Assembly: GCA_963759275.1 (NCBI GenBank)
Contig: CAVWYZ010000014.1
Span: 865,201 to 929,200 of the forward strand
Direction: 5' to 3'
From: Candidatus Acidiferrales bacterium
Lineage (GTDB): Bacteria; Acidobacteriota; Terriglobia; Acidiferrales; UBA7541
DNA length: 64,000 nucleotides
The position numbers were made by a program, and so were the translations under genes. The notes beneath the pieces were generated by a model, which saw nothing but the letters and a program-made list of their open reading frames with translations, ran no database searches and had not been told where the DNA came from. Below are positions 16,609 through 27,925 of the stretch, one piece after another (the stretch's first letter is position 1; every line of letters begins with the position of its first letter).

Positions 16609-19023
16609 TTGATTTCTGGAACGCTCTCCTTGGGGGAAACGATGATAATTATGCAACATATACGGCCCAGGGCCTCCCGCTCTTTTCTGTCGATTCTATT
16701 CGCTCTTCTAATCACTGTTGTTGGAGCGACTCAAGGACTTGCCCAGAACCACCATGGTGGCGGAGGAAAGAACGCAACTCCCCTCAAGATCTCGAATACC
16801 CCTTTGCCAGGGGGACAAGTCGGCGTGGCATATAGTGCCGCACTTACAGCAAGCGGGGGAACGGAGCCCTATACGTGGAGCCTCACCAGGGGCGCGTTGC
16901 CTGGCGGTGTCAGTTTGAATTCGTCCACGGGCGTGGTTAGCGGCACTCCTACTGCGGCCGTAACCGGCAATCTGGTTTCCTTTCGGGTTAAGGACTCCAG
17001 TCATCCAGCAGAGAAAAAATCGGTCAGCCTGTCGTTGACGATAAATTCAGTGCCGCCGGCGTTAAGCGTGACCACAACGACGTTGCCCGCGGCGACGGTG
17101 AACGTGGCGTACTCACAGCAACTGGCTGCGAGTGGTGGCAGTGGAACGTATAACTGGACGCTGACGACTCCGGTGACGGGCTTCGCATTGAGCAGCGCTG
17201 GGCTGCTGACCGGTACGCCCACAAGTACGACGACGCTTTCTTTTCAGGTGAAAGCGACGGACACCACCAGCAGCAGCAACTTCGGGACGGCGACGTTAAC
17301 TCTGAAGGTGAACGCGGCGGTGGTCCCTGTAAGCGTGACCACAACGACGTTGCCCGCGGCGACGGTGAACGTGGCGTACTCACAGCAACTGGCCGCGAGT
17401 GGTGGAAGTGGAACGTATAACTGGACGCTGACGACTCCGGTGACGGGCTTTTCGTTGAGCAGTTCAGGGCTGCTGACCGGCACACCAACAAGCACGACGA
17501 CGCTTTCGTTCCAGGTGAAAGCGACGGACTCCACCAATAGCAGCGACTCTGGAACCGCCACACTGACGTTATCGGTCAACGCTGCTATTAGCGGGTCAGC
17601 CTTCTACGTTTCACCTTCTGGCAGCGATTCGAATACCGGTACGCAGTTATCACCGTGGAAGACCATTCAGCACGCGGCCAATTCCGTGCACGCGGGAGAC
17701 ACCATTTACGTGCGCGCGGGGACCTACAACGAGTCCGTGACCATTGCGGTTTCGGGATCAGCAGCGGCCGGTCCGGTAATTTTCCAGAGCTACCCCGGAG
17801 AGACGGCGATTGTGGACGGCACCGGGTTGACGCCATCCACTTCTGACGTGCAAGGGCTGTTTAACATCGAGGATGAGAGTTACGTCACGATTCAGGGATT
17901 CGAGATCCGTAACTACCAGACCTCGAGTTCCTCAGCCACGCCGGCGGGTATTTGGATCACCGGAGCAGGGAGCAACATCCAGATCCTGAACAACGTGATT
18001 CACAACATCGTCACCACGTCGGAGGCCAGCGGCAACGCTTTTGGTATTGCGGTCTATGGGTCGGAAGCGCCCGCTGCGCTGGACAGTGTGACCATCAGCG
18101 GCAACCAGGTGTACAGCTTGAAGACCGGCAACAGCGAGACGGTGAACGTGGATGGGAACGTGACGAACTTCGTGATCAACAACAACATCATCCACGACAA
18201 CGACAACATCGGCATCGATGTGATCGGATTCGAGGGAGTATCGCCGAATTCCGCGTACGACTATGCGCGGAACGGGGAAGTGAGCGGGAACACGGTATAC
18301 AACATATCGGCGATCAACAATCCGGGAGAAGGGAATGAGTACGATGCCGACGGGATCTACGTAGACGGGGGATCGCAAGTGGTGATCGAGCGCAACCTGG
18401 TGCACAACTGCGATCTGAACATCGAGGTGGCCAGCGAGCACAAAGGGCACGTCAGCAGCTACGTGACGGTGCGAAACAACCTGGTGTATGCGGGCAATTC
18501 CGTGGGCATTTCGATTGGCGGGTATGCCAGCAATGTGGGCGGCACGGACCACTGCACCATCGTGAACAACACGCTGTACGGCAACGACACGAAGAATACC
18601 GGCAGCGGGGAACTGCAAGTGCAGTACTACGCCACCAACAACATCTTCGAGAACAACATTGTGTACGCCACGTCGCAGGGTCTGCTGATCAACAACTACA
18701 CGAACAGCGAAGCGAATCCGGTGGTGGTGGATTACAACCTGTACTTCTCTTCGGTGAACTCGGGGTCGGCCGATTTTATCTGGAACGGCACAGATCACAC
18801 GGGATTTTCCGGCTACCAGTCGGCGACGGGGAACGACAGCCATTCCCAGTATGCCGATCCGCAGTTCCTGAGCCTGACAACACCGAACTTGCAGGTGCAA
18901 GCGACATCCCCGGCCGTGAATGGTGGGACGAACCTGGGGGCCGCGGTGGTGGGCACGGTGGACTATGCGGGTAATGCTCGCGTGCAAGGCAGCACCATCG
19001 ATATCGGCGCTTACGAACAGTAA
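16609..19023 (+). CDS. Secreted protein with 3 He_PIG repeats and the same beta-helix domain as 12087-15530 (start probably ATG 16651)
   Basis: Sec/SPI-type signal (..LLITVVGATQGLA-Q), no lipobox; C-terminal ~650 aa nearly identical to the upstream paralog. Confidence 0.85.
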   Translation: MISGTLSLGETMIIMQHIRPRASRSFLSILFALLITVVGATQGLAQNHHGGGGKNATPLKISNTPLPGGQVGVAYSAALTASGGTEPYTWSLTRGALPGGVSLNSSTGVVSGTPTAAVTGNLVSFRVKDSSHPAEKKSVSLSLTINSVPPALSVTTTTLPAATVNVAYSQQLAASGGSGTYNWTLTTPVTGFALSSAGLLTGTPTSTTTLSFQVKATDTTSSSNFGTATLTLKVNAAVVPVSVTTTTLPAATVNVAYSQQLAASGGSGTYNWTLTTPVTGFSLSSSGLLTGTPTSTTTLSFQVKATDSTNSSDSGTATLTLSVNAAISGSAFYVSPSGSDSNTGTQLSPWKTIQHAANSVHAGDTIYVRAGTYNESVTIAVSGSAAAGPVIFQSYPGETAIVDGTGLTPSTSDVQGLFNIEDESYVTIQGFEIRNYQTSSSSATPAGIWITGAGSNIQILNNVIHNIVTTSEASGNAFGIAVYGSEAPAALDSVTISGNQVYSLKTGNSETVNVDGNVTNFVINNNIIHDNDNIGIDVIGFEGVSPNSAYDYARNGEVSGNTVYNISAINNPGEGNEYDADGIYVDGGSQVVIERNLVHNCDLNIEVASEHKGHVSSYVTVRNNLVYAGNSVGISIGGYASNVGGTDHCTIVNNTLYGNDTKNTGSGELQVQYYATNNIFENNIVYATSQGLLINNYTNSEANPVVVDYNLYFSSVNSGSADFIWNGTDHTGFSGYQSATGNDSHSQYADPQFLSLTTPNLQVQATSPAVNGGTNLGAAVVGTVDYAGNARVQGSTIDIGAYEQ
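17063..19022 (+). repeat. Direct repeat copy 2 (~1.96 kb)
   Basis: Matches 13570-15529; the two copies diverge at the last base of the stop codon (TAG vs TAA). Confidence 0.9.
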
Positions 19024-19186
19024 ATCCGAGGTTCGCTCGGGGTTACTTGTTTTTCACGACGAAGTGATCCCGGCCCGGCGATTGACAACCGATTGGTCAA
19101 GCGGCGTTCGGTGCCCGAAGATTATCACCTGGGCGCCGCTATCGACCCGATAGGCCGTAAGACGATCATATAACCGGCTACCAACA

Positions 19187-20836
19187 CTATTTTTTTTGAA
19201 GAAGGACGGCCCACTCTTTGGAGTCCGGGGGAGCAGGTGAGGACCATGAGGGTCCTGACGCGTCCGAAGTTGAAATTCGTTCGCCCGTGAGCGGGCTGAA
19301 CCATTCGACCGAGTAGGTTCCTGGCTGGAGTTGGAGTGTGAACCGGCCGCCTTGGGGAAGATAGACGGCGTAGATATGACCGGGATCGGCGAGGCAATAG
19401 TTGCCGTGGTCGACGAGTTCGTCGTGAGGATTCGTCTTCCACCAGTCAAAGCCCGTCATGAAGTCGACGATGTGGCCGTAGCCGAAGAACATGGTCATGG
19501 AATCGTCGCCACGACCGTTGACCCAGCCGCCGCCAGTATCCGGCCAAACGTTGGTGCCGCGACGGGCGGACTCGCCGGCAGTTTGATAGGCGCCAGCCAT
19601 GACAATGTCCCAGGCGACGCGACGGAGGGAATCAGCAGACTCCTGATTCGGAAAGGCCCAGAGCGGGTAATGGTCTTCGTAACCATACTCCTCGTTGGTC
19701 TGCGGAATGATGCGGTCCGCCTGCTCCTGGAATTTGCGGGACTGGAGCATAAGGGCATGTTGATTGCGAGACCATTCCTGGTAGGAGGTGAAACCGAACC
19801 AGGCGGAAGCACGATCCTGGTGAACGGATTTGGCGTCGACGACCACATCGACGGGATGACTGGTGGCGAGGTGATGGTAAGGATCGAGTTGCACGAGGAA
19901 GGTGCCAGTGTCGTGGGTCCAGGCATCGTCGCGAAAACGTTCGAGGTCGTCGCCGAGGTCCCAGGTAATGTTGGAGAAGGAGGCGAAGCGAGCGACGGCG
20001 TAGCGGAGGAAACGGCGCTCATCCTCACTGGCGGCGACGGGGTGAATGCGCGAATCATTCATGTCGAGAACGATGGAGATGATGACGTCACGGTCGCGGG
20101 CAAAACGAAGCATGGATTCGAAGCGGCGCCAGTGGGGAATGTTGAAGCGCGAGTAATCGAAGTCGGGATGGAGAAAATCATGCGTATCGCGCGCGGGCCA
20201 AGCGGCAAGGTCCATGGTGAAGTTGTCGGACTGCATGATGGGCTCGCCGTAATAAACGTTGGTGCGGCCGGCGAGAGTGACGCGAAGCCGATTGACTTTG
20301 AGACGGTGTAGCCGTTCGATCGAATACTGCACGATGCGATCGTCCTTCCAACCAAGCAACCAATACGCCGTAGTGCCATTAAAGAAGTAGTGCTCGCCGG
20401 TGCCTTCCCATAGGAAATGCCAGGGATATTGCGGGTCGACGCGGAGAGGACCGCGTCGATGAGATGGCGTCGCTTGAAACTCACCTCGGAGGGTCTTGGT
20501 GAAGGCGCCTTGTGAAAACACGACGGCGAAGCTGTAGTTGCCGGACGCGGGAGGCATGAAGCGAATGCGAAAGACAGAACCATCGGGCGAATCGCAAAAG
20601 CCGGAGACGTGCCAGGACTGGCTTGAGGCCGTCAGATTGAAGTCACCCTCGAATGACGCGTCTGTGAAGGGATTAGCGGCGTCGGGAGACGAAAGGGAAG
20701 CGGAAAGTTCGAAAATATCAAAGACCTCAACGGTTGGAGAGGGAATGGAAAAGGAAACGTCTCGAGGTGCGGCCAGGAGAAAAGGAGAAAACAGAACGAC
20801 GACGAAGAGAGAGGCGCCGAATCGCAAGGATTTCAT
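19187..20836 (-). CDS. Secreted DUF5060 + DUF4038 (apiosidase-like GH) + putative collagen-binding domain protein
   Basis: Signal peptide; NPFTD..F...GF.D..DG..FRIRFMP..G; YAVARFASFSNITWDL; ATSHP; TNEEYGYE; C-terminal YCLADPG..YAVYLP.GG..W.SP.TG. Confidence 0.7.
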   Translation of the reverse strand: MKSLRFGASLFVVVLFSPFLLAAPRDVSFSIPSPTVEVFDIFELSASLSSPDAANPFTDASFEGDFNLTASSQSWHVSGFCDSPDGSVFRIRFMPPASGNYSFAVVFSQGAFTKTLRGEFQATPSHRRGPLRVDPQYPWHFLWEGTGEHYFFNGTTAYWLLGWKDDRIVQYSIERLHRLKVNRLRVTLAGRTNVYYGEPIMQSDNFTMDLAAWPARDTHDFLHPDFDYSRFNIPHWRRFESMLRFARDRDVIISIVLDMNDSRIHPVAASEDERRFLRYAVARFASFSNITWDLGDDLERFRDDAWTHDTGTFLVQLDPYHHLATSHPVDVVVDAKSVHQDRASAWFGFTSYQEWSRNQHALMLQSRKFQEQADRIIPQTNEEYGYEDHYPLWAFPNQESADSLRRVAWDIVMAGAYQTAGESARRGTNVWPDTGGGWVNGRGDDSMTMFFGYGHIVDFMTGFDWWKTNPHDELVDHGNYCLADPGHIYAVYLPQGGRFTLQLQPGTYSVEWFSPLTGERISTSDASGPSWSSPAPPDSKEWAVLLQKK

Positions 20837-21014
20837 GGTTGACCTCTGCGGATGGGACTGATGGACCTTGAGAGACTTTAACGCAAATTAAAATAAAAAG
20901 GGAAAAGAGGTAGAGTCGACTTAGGTAGTGCTATTTGTTGGTGTTGATGGAACGCAGTGGCATGGTCCGTCTCTTGTTGAGCGCTAAACGGGGCACACGC
21001 GCGTTTGTCCTTGC

Positions 21015-21581
21015 CTACAGGGGAGCACTGCTGACGACGTCATTCTTAAAATCTTTAAAAAGAACCAACTTTGGGGCGCTTAGTCCGTCCTTCAGATTCT
21101 TCTGCCAGAGAAGGCCGGATAGTTTCCCTTGCGGATTCTGGGAGTAGACGCAGATCATGTCCACGTTTGGACTGGAATCCGCGACAGGTACGAAGCCGGC
21201 CTCGGGCTTTTGCGAGGGCGATAGCGGGCGGGATGACGGAATCCCATTGCCTGCACTATTCGCGCTGCGAATATTCACCACGCGGCCCTTCCGAACGAAT
21301 ACGACCAAGTCCGCCTCACTGCGGCGAATCGTTAGTATGTAATAACCCCAATTCTGCACGGCGTTCTGGACGTTGGCCACCGCCTCCCGGTCCTCAGGAG
21401 TGACACGGGGATCGCGGACAGCGCCTGGACTGTCTGGCCCGTCAAAGGCTTCGACGAAAATGAACTTTGCGGACGCAAGAATCGCGAGCGGCTCAGGCTT
21501 CTTGGACTGTTGGCCAGATTGGGCGCCGGAAAGCGAGAGGCAAATCAACATCACGAGACCCGGAAACACGAAATAGCGCAT
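21015..21581 (-). CDS. Hypothetical exported protein
   Basis: GAGGAGGG RBS before ATG 21581; signal peptide MRYFVFPGLVMLICLSLSGAQ. Confidence 0.6.
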   Translation of the reverse strand: MRYFVFPGLVMLICLSLSGAQSGQQSKKPEPLAILASAKFIFVEAFDGPDSPGAVRDPRVTPEDREAVANVQNAVQNWGYYILTIRRSEADLVVFVRKGRVVNIRSANSAGNGIPSSRPLSPSQKPEAGFVPVADSSPNVDMICVYSQNPQGKLSGLLWQKNLKDGLSAPKLVLFKDFKNDVVSSAPL

Positions 21582-22128
21582 GTTCCCTCCTCGACGAAAA
21601 AGGGTAACCGGATATCTGGGTGTGCGGGGATGACCACCAGAGTTGCGGGGGACTGAGAGAATATGGCAATGGGGTCCAGTCCGCAACATTATTATTAAGC
21701 AGGAGACGCCAGGCGATGGCTCAGTCGACCTCGAACGCGACCCTGGGAACTATTGGGTACTCGTGCGCAGTTCTCGGTGTCACAAAGTTTAGCCGAGCTT
21801 CCCGGGTGCACCCCGTTACGATGAAGACGGTCACGAACATCGAGACCGGGGGCCAATCTTAGAAATCGCTACAAAGAGTTCGCCCCGAAGACCCTGGAAA
21901 CACTTGTGACGCACGTACTATCCCTCGTCCTGCCGCTGGAGGATAAGTACTCCTGGTGCCACTAATGAGCGAGGACGTGGCTAGGCGAACGCTTCCGCCT
22001 TGCGGAGCTAGCAAACTGTCTCGCTTCGTTTCGCGGCAGATGCAACGGGCGAGAACGTCCTGTTGGTCTTTGTGACATGAGTTCTGATTGTGGCGGTGGC
22101 GGGTGCGAAAGGAACGGAGGAGACCGTT

Positions 22129-22629
22129 GTGACGAGCGAGAAAAGCATCGAGTTACTCAACAAGTCCGTAGCAGATGAACTGGCGGCAGTCCACCAGTAC
22201 ATGTACTTCCACTTTCACTTGGAGGATCTGGGCTTCGCGCCGTTAGCGAAACTGTTCCAGCGCACAGCGATAATGGAGATGGGCCACGTGGAATCGTTGG
22301 CGGAGCGGATTCTATTCCTGAAAGGCGAAGTCAGGATGGCGGTAGCCGAGCCGGTCGAGACGGTCACCGACCCTGCAAAGATGCTGTCCAAGGCGATCGA
22401 CATGGAACAGGGAAGTGCGCGCGATTACAACGGTGCCGCGCAGATCTGCGGGGCCAACGCCGACGCCGTGTCGAAGCAACTTTTTGAACATTTAGTAGCC
22501 GATGAAGAAGGACACCAGAACGAATTTGAGCGGCAACGGGAAAACATTCAACGCTTTGGTCCAAGTTACCTCGCGCTCCAGTCGTTCGGCACCGTCGCGG
22601 CGCCAGAACCGGAGCGGAAGAAAGAATAG
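22129..22629 (+). CDS. bfr: Bacterioferritin
   Basis: GGAGG + GTG start; ELAAVHQY, EMGH (heme Met), ERILFLKG and EEGH ferroxidase-centre motifs. Confidence 0.88.
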   Translation: MTSEKSIELLNKSVADELAAVHQYMYFHFHLEDLGFAPLAKLFQRTAIMEMGHVESLAERILFLKGEVRMAVAEPVETVTDPAKMLSKAIDMEQGSARDYNGAAQICGANADAVSKQLFEHLVADEEGHQNEFERQRENIQRFGPSYLALQSFGTVAAPEPERKKE

Positions 22630-22686
22630 TCTGAGCATTGGGCCCCGGGAGCCTTGCTGAAGACTCGTGAAGAGCCGGAGGATCAG

Positions 22687-23820
22687 GTGGCTCAACGATC
22701 GGAGCACATCCTAGGCGCAGATCAGTTGGACAAACTGATTGAGGTGTTGGTGCGTAAGGGCTTCGAGGTCATCGGACCGACCCTGCGTGACGGAGCGATC
22801 GTCTATGACCATGTTGCGTCCGCCAGAGATCTGCCTAGTGGGTGGACTGACGAACAGGAGCCGGGGCGTTACCAGCTGAAGCGTCGCGAAGATGAGGCTC
22901 TGTTCGGATACGCGGTGGGACCACAGAGCTGGAAGAAATACACGCACCCAGCGGAAGTGCGGCTCTGGTCGGCCGCGCGTGACGATGGGACGTTCCGAAT
23001 CCTGAAGAATGAAGTGAAACCAGAACGTTCATATGCGTTTCTGGGGGCGCGAGCATGCGAGCTGGCAGCAATCGCGATTCAAGACCGCGTGCTGATCGAG
23101 GACCAATACCCTGATGCGACGTACGGCAAACATCGCAGAGGAGCGTTCATCATTGCCGTGCAATGCACTCAGGCCGCGGCAACATGTTTTTGTGCGTCAA
23201 TGGGAACAGGGCCGCAGGTGTCCGCTGGGTTAGACCTTGTGCTCACCGAGTTGCTTGGGTCCAAAGGGCATCGGTTCCTGGTAGCCACAGGCAGCGATCG
23301 CGGCGCCGAGGTACTCACCGAACTGGAATCGGTTCCCGCCACTGGAGAAGACCGTCAAGAGGCTGAAACGAGGGTCGCAGCGGCGGGTCGCGAGCAGGTG
23401 CGCAGCATCGACACGATAGGCATCAAAGAGCTCCTCTACGAAAACTTTGAGCATTCGCGCTGGGACAACGTGGCCAGCCGCTGCCTGACGTGTGCCAACT
23501 GCACGATGGTTTGCCCCACGTGCTTTTGCACGTCGGTGGAGGATGTGACCGACATTACCGGGGAGTACGCGGAACGGTGGCGCCGCTGGGATTCCTGCTT
23601 CACGCAGAGCTTTTCTTACATCCACGGAGGGAGTGTCCGAACCTCAGCCAAATCACGTTACCGCCAGTGGATGACGCACAAGCTGGCCTCGTGGATCGAC
23701 CAGTTTGGCAGTTCCGGATGTGTTGGCTGCGGGCGTTGCATTACCTGGTGCCCGGTGGGCATCGACATTACGGAAGAGGTCCGGGCGATTCGGGAGGGAG
23801 TGAAGAATGGAAACCCTTGA
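22687..23820 (+). CDS. hyhB: Group 3b [NiFe]-hydrogenase (sulfhydrogenase) beta subunit, 4Fe-4S dicluster
   Basis: [32 protein letters not shown] and [12 protein letters not shown] motifs. Confidence 0.9.
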   Translation: MAQRSEHILGADQLDKLIEVLVRKGFEVIGPTLRDGAIVYDHVASARDLPSGWTDEQEPGRYQLKRREDEALFGYAVGPQSWKKYTHPAEVRLWSAARDDGTFRILKNEVKPERSYAFLGARACELAAIAIQDRVLIEDQYPDATYGKHRRGAFIIAVQCTQAAATCFCASMGTGPQVSAGLDLVLTELLGSKGHRFLVATGSDRGAEVLTELESVPATGEDRQEAETRVAAAGREQVRSIDTIGIKELLYENFEHSRWDNVASRCLTCANCTMVCPTCFCTSVEDVTDITGEYAERWRRWDSCFTQSFSYIHGGSVRTSAKSRYRQWMTHKLASWIDQFGSSGCVGCGRCITWCPVGIDITEEVRAIREGVKNGNP

Positions 23821-24268
23821 GCGCATCATCACGGAGCACCCATTTTTCGTGGGGCTGGACGACGCCTTCACAAATCTGATGGTGGGTTGCGCGTCTAACG
23901 TACGCTTCCAAGCCGGCACCTACATCCTTAAGGAAGGAGACCCGGCAAACACGTTTTACCTGATTCGAGAAGGGAAGGTGGCCGTAGAGGTGCTCGCGCC
24001 GCAGCGCCCGCCGATCATCATTTCGACTCTAAGCAACGGAGAAATCCTAGGGTGGTCGTGGCTGTTGCCACCCTTTCAATGGAAATTCCACGCGCGGGCT
24101 GTCGAGGACGTGCGCGCCATCGCCCTCGATGGAAAGTGTCTGCGCACAAAGTGCGAGGAGAACCACGATCTCGGCTACGAAATTTTGAAGCGATTTGCCC
24201 GGATCATCGAATTGCGGCTCGATGCCACGCGCTTACAGTTGCTCGACGTATACGCAGTCCGGCGATAG
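23807..24268 (+). CDS. Stand-alone cyclic-nucleotide-binding domain protein (no HTH)
   Basis: [33 protein letters not shown]; ends without a Crp HTH. Confidence 0.85.
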   Translation: METLERIITEHPFFVGLDDAFTNLMVGCASNVRFQAGTYILKEGDPANTFYLIREGKVAVEVLAPQRPPIIISTLSNGEILGWSWLLPPFQWKFHARAVEDVRAIALDGKCLRTKCEENHDLGYEILKRFARIIELRLDATRLQLLDVYAVRR

Positions 24269-24270
24269 TC

Positions 24271-25116
24271 ATGATGGCAACAAGAATCATCACCGACCCA
24301 ATGCTTCCGGAGCCTTTTGCGGTGCGAGAGGTAGCCAAGGAGACACCGGACACATTTACCCTAAGTCTCGAGCCCGAGAGGACTGTTAATAGAACTTTGT
24401 TCCAGCCCGGACAGTTCAGCATGCTGTGGGTTTTTGGAGTCGGTGAGTTGCCGATCTCGATTAGCGGCGATCCTGCATTGCACGATCGCGCGGTGTACAC
24501 GGTGCGATCCGTTGGTCGGGCCACGCACGCGCTGGTAAACCGGCGAGTGGGTGACAGCGTGGGCGTGCGAGGTCCATTCGGCGCGGGCTGGCCGTTAGAG
24601 GCCGCTCGGGGACGGGACGTCATCGTGGTCGCTGGCGGGATCGGCCTGGCGCCTCTGCGACCGTTGGTCTACGAGGTCTTGCAGAATCGGAAAGACTATG
24701 GGCGTTTGGTGATTCTATACGGAGCGCGCAGCCCGCATGACCTGCTCTATCGCAAGGAACTCGCGGCATGGGCGCGCAACCATGAGACGCAAGTGCTGGT
24801 CACGGTCGATTATGGTGGCCTGAACTGGCGGGGTCACGTGGGTGTGGTGACGACGTTGTTCAAGTACTCTCGGCTGCAACCTGGTCGTTCAGTTGCGATG
24901 GTGTGCGGGCCAGAGATTATGATGCGCTTCGTTACACGCGAACTCGAAACACACGGGCTCAGCCGCGGAGATATCTACGTTTCAATGGAACGCAATATGA
25001 AGTGTGCCGTTGGTTCTTGCGGGCATTGCCAGTATGGGCCACATTTCATTTGCAAAAACGGACCGGTGTTCTGCTACGAACAGCTACGGCCGCTATTGGA
25101 GAAGTATGAGCTCTGA
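24271..25116 (+). CDS. hyhG: Group 3b hydrogenase gamma subunit (FAD/NAD(P)-binding, 2Fe-2S)
   Basis: [52 protein letters not shown]. Confidence 0.9.
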   Translation: MMATRIITDPMLPEPFAVREVAKETPDTFTLSLEPERTVNRTLFQPGQFSMLWVFGVGELPISISGDPALHDRAVYTVRSVGRATHALVNRRVGDSVGVRGPFGAGWPLEAARGRDVIVVAGGIGLAPLRPLVYEVLQNRKDYGRLVILYGARSPHDLLYRKELAAWARNHETQVLVTVDYGGLNWRGHVGVVTTLFKYSRLQPGRSVAMVCGPEIMMRFVTRELETHGLSRGDIYVSMERNMKCAVGSCGHCQYGPHFICKNGPVFCYEQLRPLLEKYEL

Positions 25117-25906
25117 ATCCAAGCGCAAGTCGGCGCATAAACCACGAATCGGCGTCTTCAAGTTCGCTTCCTGCGATGGCTGCCAGTTAAGCCTGCTTGA
25201 TGCCGAGGATGAATTACTCGGCGTTGTCGGAGCGGTGGACATCGCCTATTTTCCGGAAGCATCGCGCGCCATGTCGAAAGGTCCATACGACATCGGCCTC
25301 GTGGAAGGATCGATCACTACACATCAAGATGCCCAGCGCATCCAGGAAGTGCGGAGGCAATGCAAGACACTGATCACTATTGGGGCGTGCGCCACGGCCG
25401 GCGGCATTCAGGCTTTGCGTAATTGGAAGGATGTCGACGAGTTCATCCGAGTGGTGTACGCCACGCCGCAGTTCATCAGCACCCTGAAGCTCTCGACTCC
25501 GATAGCCGAGCACGTCCCTGTCGATTTCGAACTGCGCGGCTGTCCGATCAACAAATATCAACTTATAGAATTAATTACGGCGACGTTGGTCGGGCGCAAA
25601 CCGAATATTCCTTTATATAGCGTGTGCATCGAGTGTAAGCGAAAGGCGAATGTGTGTATCGCGGTGGCGCGCGGGATCCCTTGCCTGGGCCCGGTGACGC
25701 AGGCCGGGTGCGGAGCGCTGTGTCCCAGCTACGACCGTGGCTGCTATGGATGTTACGGACCGATGGAAACTCCCAATACACCGTCGCTGACGAGCCAGCT
25801 TCGGATTCTAGGGCAGTCGGATAGTCAGGTCGCACGGGCATTCCGTGGATTCAATGCCTGGTCGTGGCAGTTCCGCAAAGCCAGTGAGGAGTGCGAACGG
25901 ACATGA
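25106..25906 (+). CDS. hyhS: Group 3b hydrogenase small (delta) subunit
   Basis: [43 protein letters not shown]...GCYGCYG. Confidence 0.9.
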   Translation: MSSESKRKSAHKPRIGVFKFASCDGCQLSLLDAEDELLGVVGAVDIAYFPEASRAMSKGPYDIGLVEGSITTHQDAQRIQEVRRQCKTLITIGACATAGGIQALRNWKDVDEFIRVVYATPQFISTLKLSTPIAEHVPVDFELRGCPINKYQLIELITATLVGRKPNIPLYSVCIECKRKANVCIAVARGIPCLGPVTQAGCGALCPSYDRGCYGCYGPMETPNTPSLTSQLRILGQSDSQVARAFRGFNAWSWQFRKASEECERT

Positions 25907-27213
25907 GCGTACACGGAGCGAGAACGATTCGTGTTGATACATTGGCTCGCGTGGAAGGCGAAGGTTCTCTCTACATCAAAATCGTGGGCGAACGCGTAGC
26001 CGATGTGAAATTCAAGATCTACGAACCTCCACGGTTTTTTGAGGCTCTTCTCCGCGGTCGTCACTTTTCCGAAGCACCGGATATCACGGCGCGGATCTGT
26101 GGCATCTGTCCTGTCGCTTACCAGATGAGCGCCGTGCACGCGATCGAACGGGCGCTCGGAGTCCGGATCGAACCCGCGGTTCGCACGCTTCGTCGTCTGT
26201 TTTACTGTGGCGAATGGATTGAAAGTCATACCCTTCACGTCTACATGTTGCACGCGCCGGATTTTCTCGGCTACCCGGACGCGATCGCCATGGCGAGAGA
26301 TCACCGAGCGGTGGTCGAAAAGGCGCTTCGGCTGAAAAAGATTGGCAACCGGATTGTGCAATTGCTCGGAGGACGCGAGATCCATCCCATTTCCGCCGCA
26401 GTTGGTGGCTTTTACAGGACGCCCACCAAGCAACAGTTGTCGGCTTTAATCAGCGATTTGGAATGGGCGCTCGAGGCCTCCCTGGAAACCGTGCGCTGGA
26501 CGGCCGGTTTAGAATTTCCCAACTTCGAGCAAGACTACGAGTTCGTCGCGCTTCGTCATGCGGACGAATATCCGTTCAATGAAGGGCGCCTGGTCTCAAA
26601 TCGTGGGCTAGATATTGACGCGGCGGAATACGAAGATCACTTCGTCGAGTCGCATGTGAAACATTCGAACGCCTTGCACTCCGTGGTGCGAGGTCGTGGT
26701 TCGTATTTGGTTGGGCCATTGGCGCGATTCAACTTGAATTTCGATAGATTGCCGGAGGTCGCACGCAAGGCGGCGCTCGAGGTGGGCCTACGACCGCCGG
26801 TAAAGAACATTTTTCGGAGCATCGTGGTCCGCGCAGTCGAAATCGTCTTCGCATGTGCGGAGGCATTGCGGGCTATCGACGAATACGAACCACCAGCCCT
26901 ACCGCGGATCGATGCGCCTAATCGGATGGGCGTTGGCCAGGCAATCACGGAGGCGCCGCGAGGTATTCTCTACCACCGTTATGCCCTGGATGACAACGGA
27001 CTGATTGTCGCCGCCAAGATCGTGCCGCCCACCTCGCAAAATCAGAAGCGGATCGAGGACGATCTCCGCGAGTACGCGGCCCAGTTGGTGGCTTGGCCCA
27101 TCGACGACGCGACCTGGAAATGCGAGCAGGCGGTGCGAAGTTATGACCCGTGCATCTCTTGCGCCACCCACTTTCTGAAAGTCGTGCTGGACCGGGAATC
27201 CGTTGGGGAGTGA
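25903..27213 (+). CDS. hyhL: Group 3b [NiFe]-hydrogenase large subunit
   Basis: LARVEGEG, L1 motif [11 protein letters not shown]2 motif [10 protein letters not shown], followed by a cleavable C-terminal extension. Confidence 0.95.
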   Translation: MSVHGARTIRVDTLARVEGEGSLYIKIVGERVADVKFKIYEPPRFFEALLRGRHFSEAPDITARICGICPVAYQMSAVHAIERALGVRIEPAVRTLRRLFYCGEWIESHTLHVYMLHAPDFLGYPDAIAMARDHRAVVEKALRLKKIGNRIVQLLGGREIHPISAAVGGFYRTPTKQQLSALISDLEWALEASLETVRWTAGLEFPNFEQDYEFVALRHADEYPFNEGRLVSNRGLDIDAAEYEDHFVESHVKHSNALHSVVRGRGSYLVGPLARFNLNFDRLPEVARKAALEVGLRPPVKNIFRSIVVRAVEIVFACAEALRAIDEYEPPALPRIDAPNRMGVGQAITEAPRGILYHRYALDDNGLIVAAKIVPPTSQNQKRIEDDLREYAAQLVAWPIDDATWKCEQAVRSYDPCISCATHFLKVVLDRESVGE

Positions 27214-27216
27214 AAC

Positions 27217-27654
27217 ATGCGGATCATTGGTTGCGGGAATCGGGAGCGAGGCGACGATGGGGTTGGAATTCTGGTCGCAGAGCGACTACGGGAGTGTGGC
27301 CTAAAGGCGGACATGCGTATCGGCGAGACGGCGAGCCTCATCGAGGATTGGAACGGCGCCGACGACGTGATCGTGATCGACACCGTAATAACCGGTGCGC
27401 CAGTCGGCACTGTGCAGGCCTGGGACGGCCAGCAGCCATTGGCTCTCACCACTGCAACTGCTTCGACCCATGGCCTCGGCGTGGCCGAAGCGATTGCACT
27501 GGCTCGCGTGCTTAATCGTCTTCCAACCCGGTTACGGGTTTACGGAGTGGAGGGGCGGCGATTCCAACGCGGGGCTGAGATGTCTCCTGAAGTACAGCGT
27601 GGCGTCGAAGAAGTGGTGCGACGAATTATCAGCGACCTGAGCACCAACCGGTAG
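27217..27654 (+). CDS. Hydrogenase maturation endopeptidase
   Basis: IIGCGN..RGDDGVG, VIVIDTV and STHGLG motifs; directly after the large subunit. Confidence 0.9.
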   Translation: MRIIGCGNRERGDDGVGILVAERLRECGLKADMRIGETASLIEDWNGADDVIVIDTVITGAPVGTVQAWDGQQPLALTTATASTHGLGVAEAIALARVLNRLPTRLRVYGVEGRRFQRGAEMSPEVQRGVEEVVRRIISDLSTNR

Positions 27655-27925
27655 CCTGAACTGCGGGGTCTGCGAAACAGTGTCTCGGAGCGAACCTTAT
27701 TTTTGGCCTCTGGTTCAGGAGAGAGTTCGATATGCGCGGAGGAACCATGGCCTTGTCACAGAGAGCCACCGCTGATAAGTGCAGCGAGCAAGCCAGTGCG
27801 TGACGCAGGTCACCGGAATCGGCTGCCGTCCAGCTCAAGTACTGACGCGTCGTCGATCGGATTCTGCTGTCCCCGATTCTTCAGCGTGCTAATATGCACA
27901 CGGGTTTACGATTTGGAGGTGCTCT

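Noticed and set aside
19331-20311. 326-aa plus-strand ORF
   Set aside because: Shadow of the DUF4038 gene with no recognisable motifs.
24052-24270. N-terminal extension of the gamma subunit in the ORF track
   Set aside because: It overlaps the cNMP gene; homology begins at ATG 24271.
25903-27213. Selenocysteine ([NiFeSe]) hydrogenase
   Set aside because: Both CxxC motifs use ordinary Cys codons and there is no in-frame TGA.
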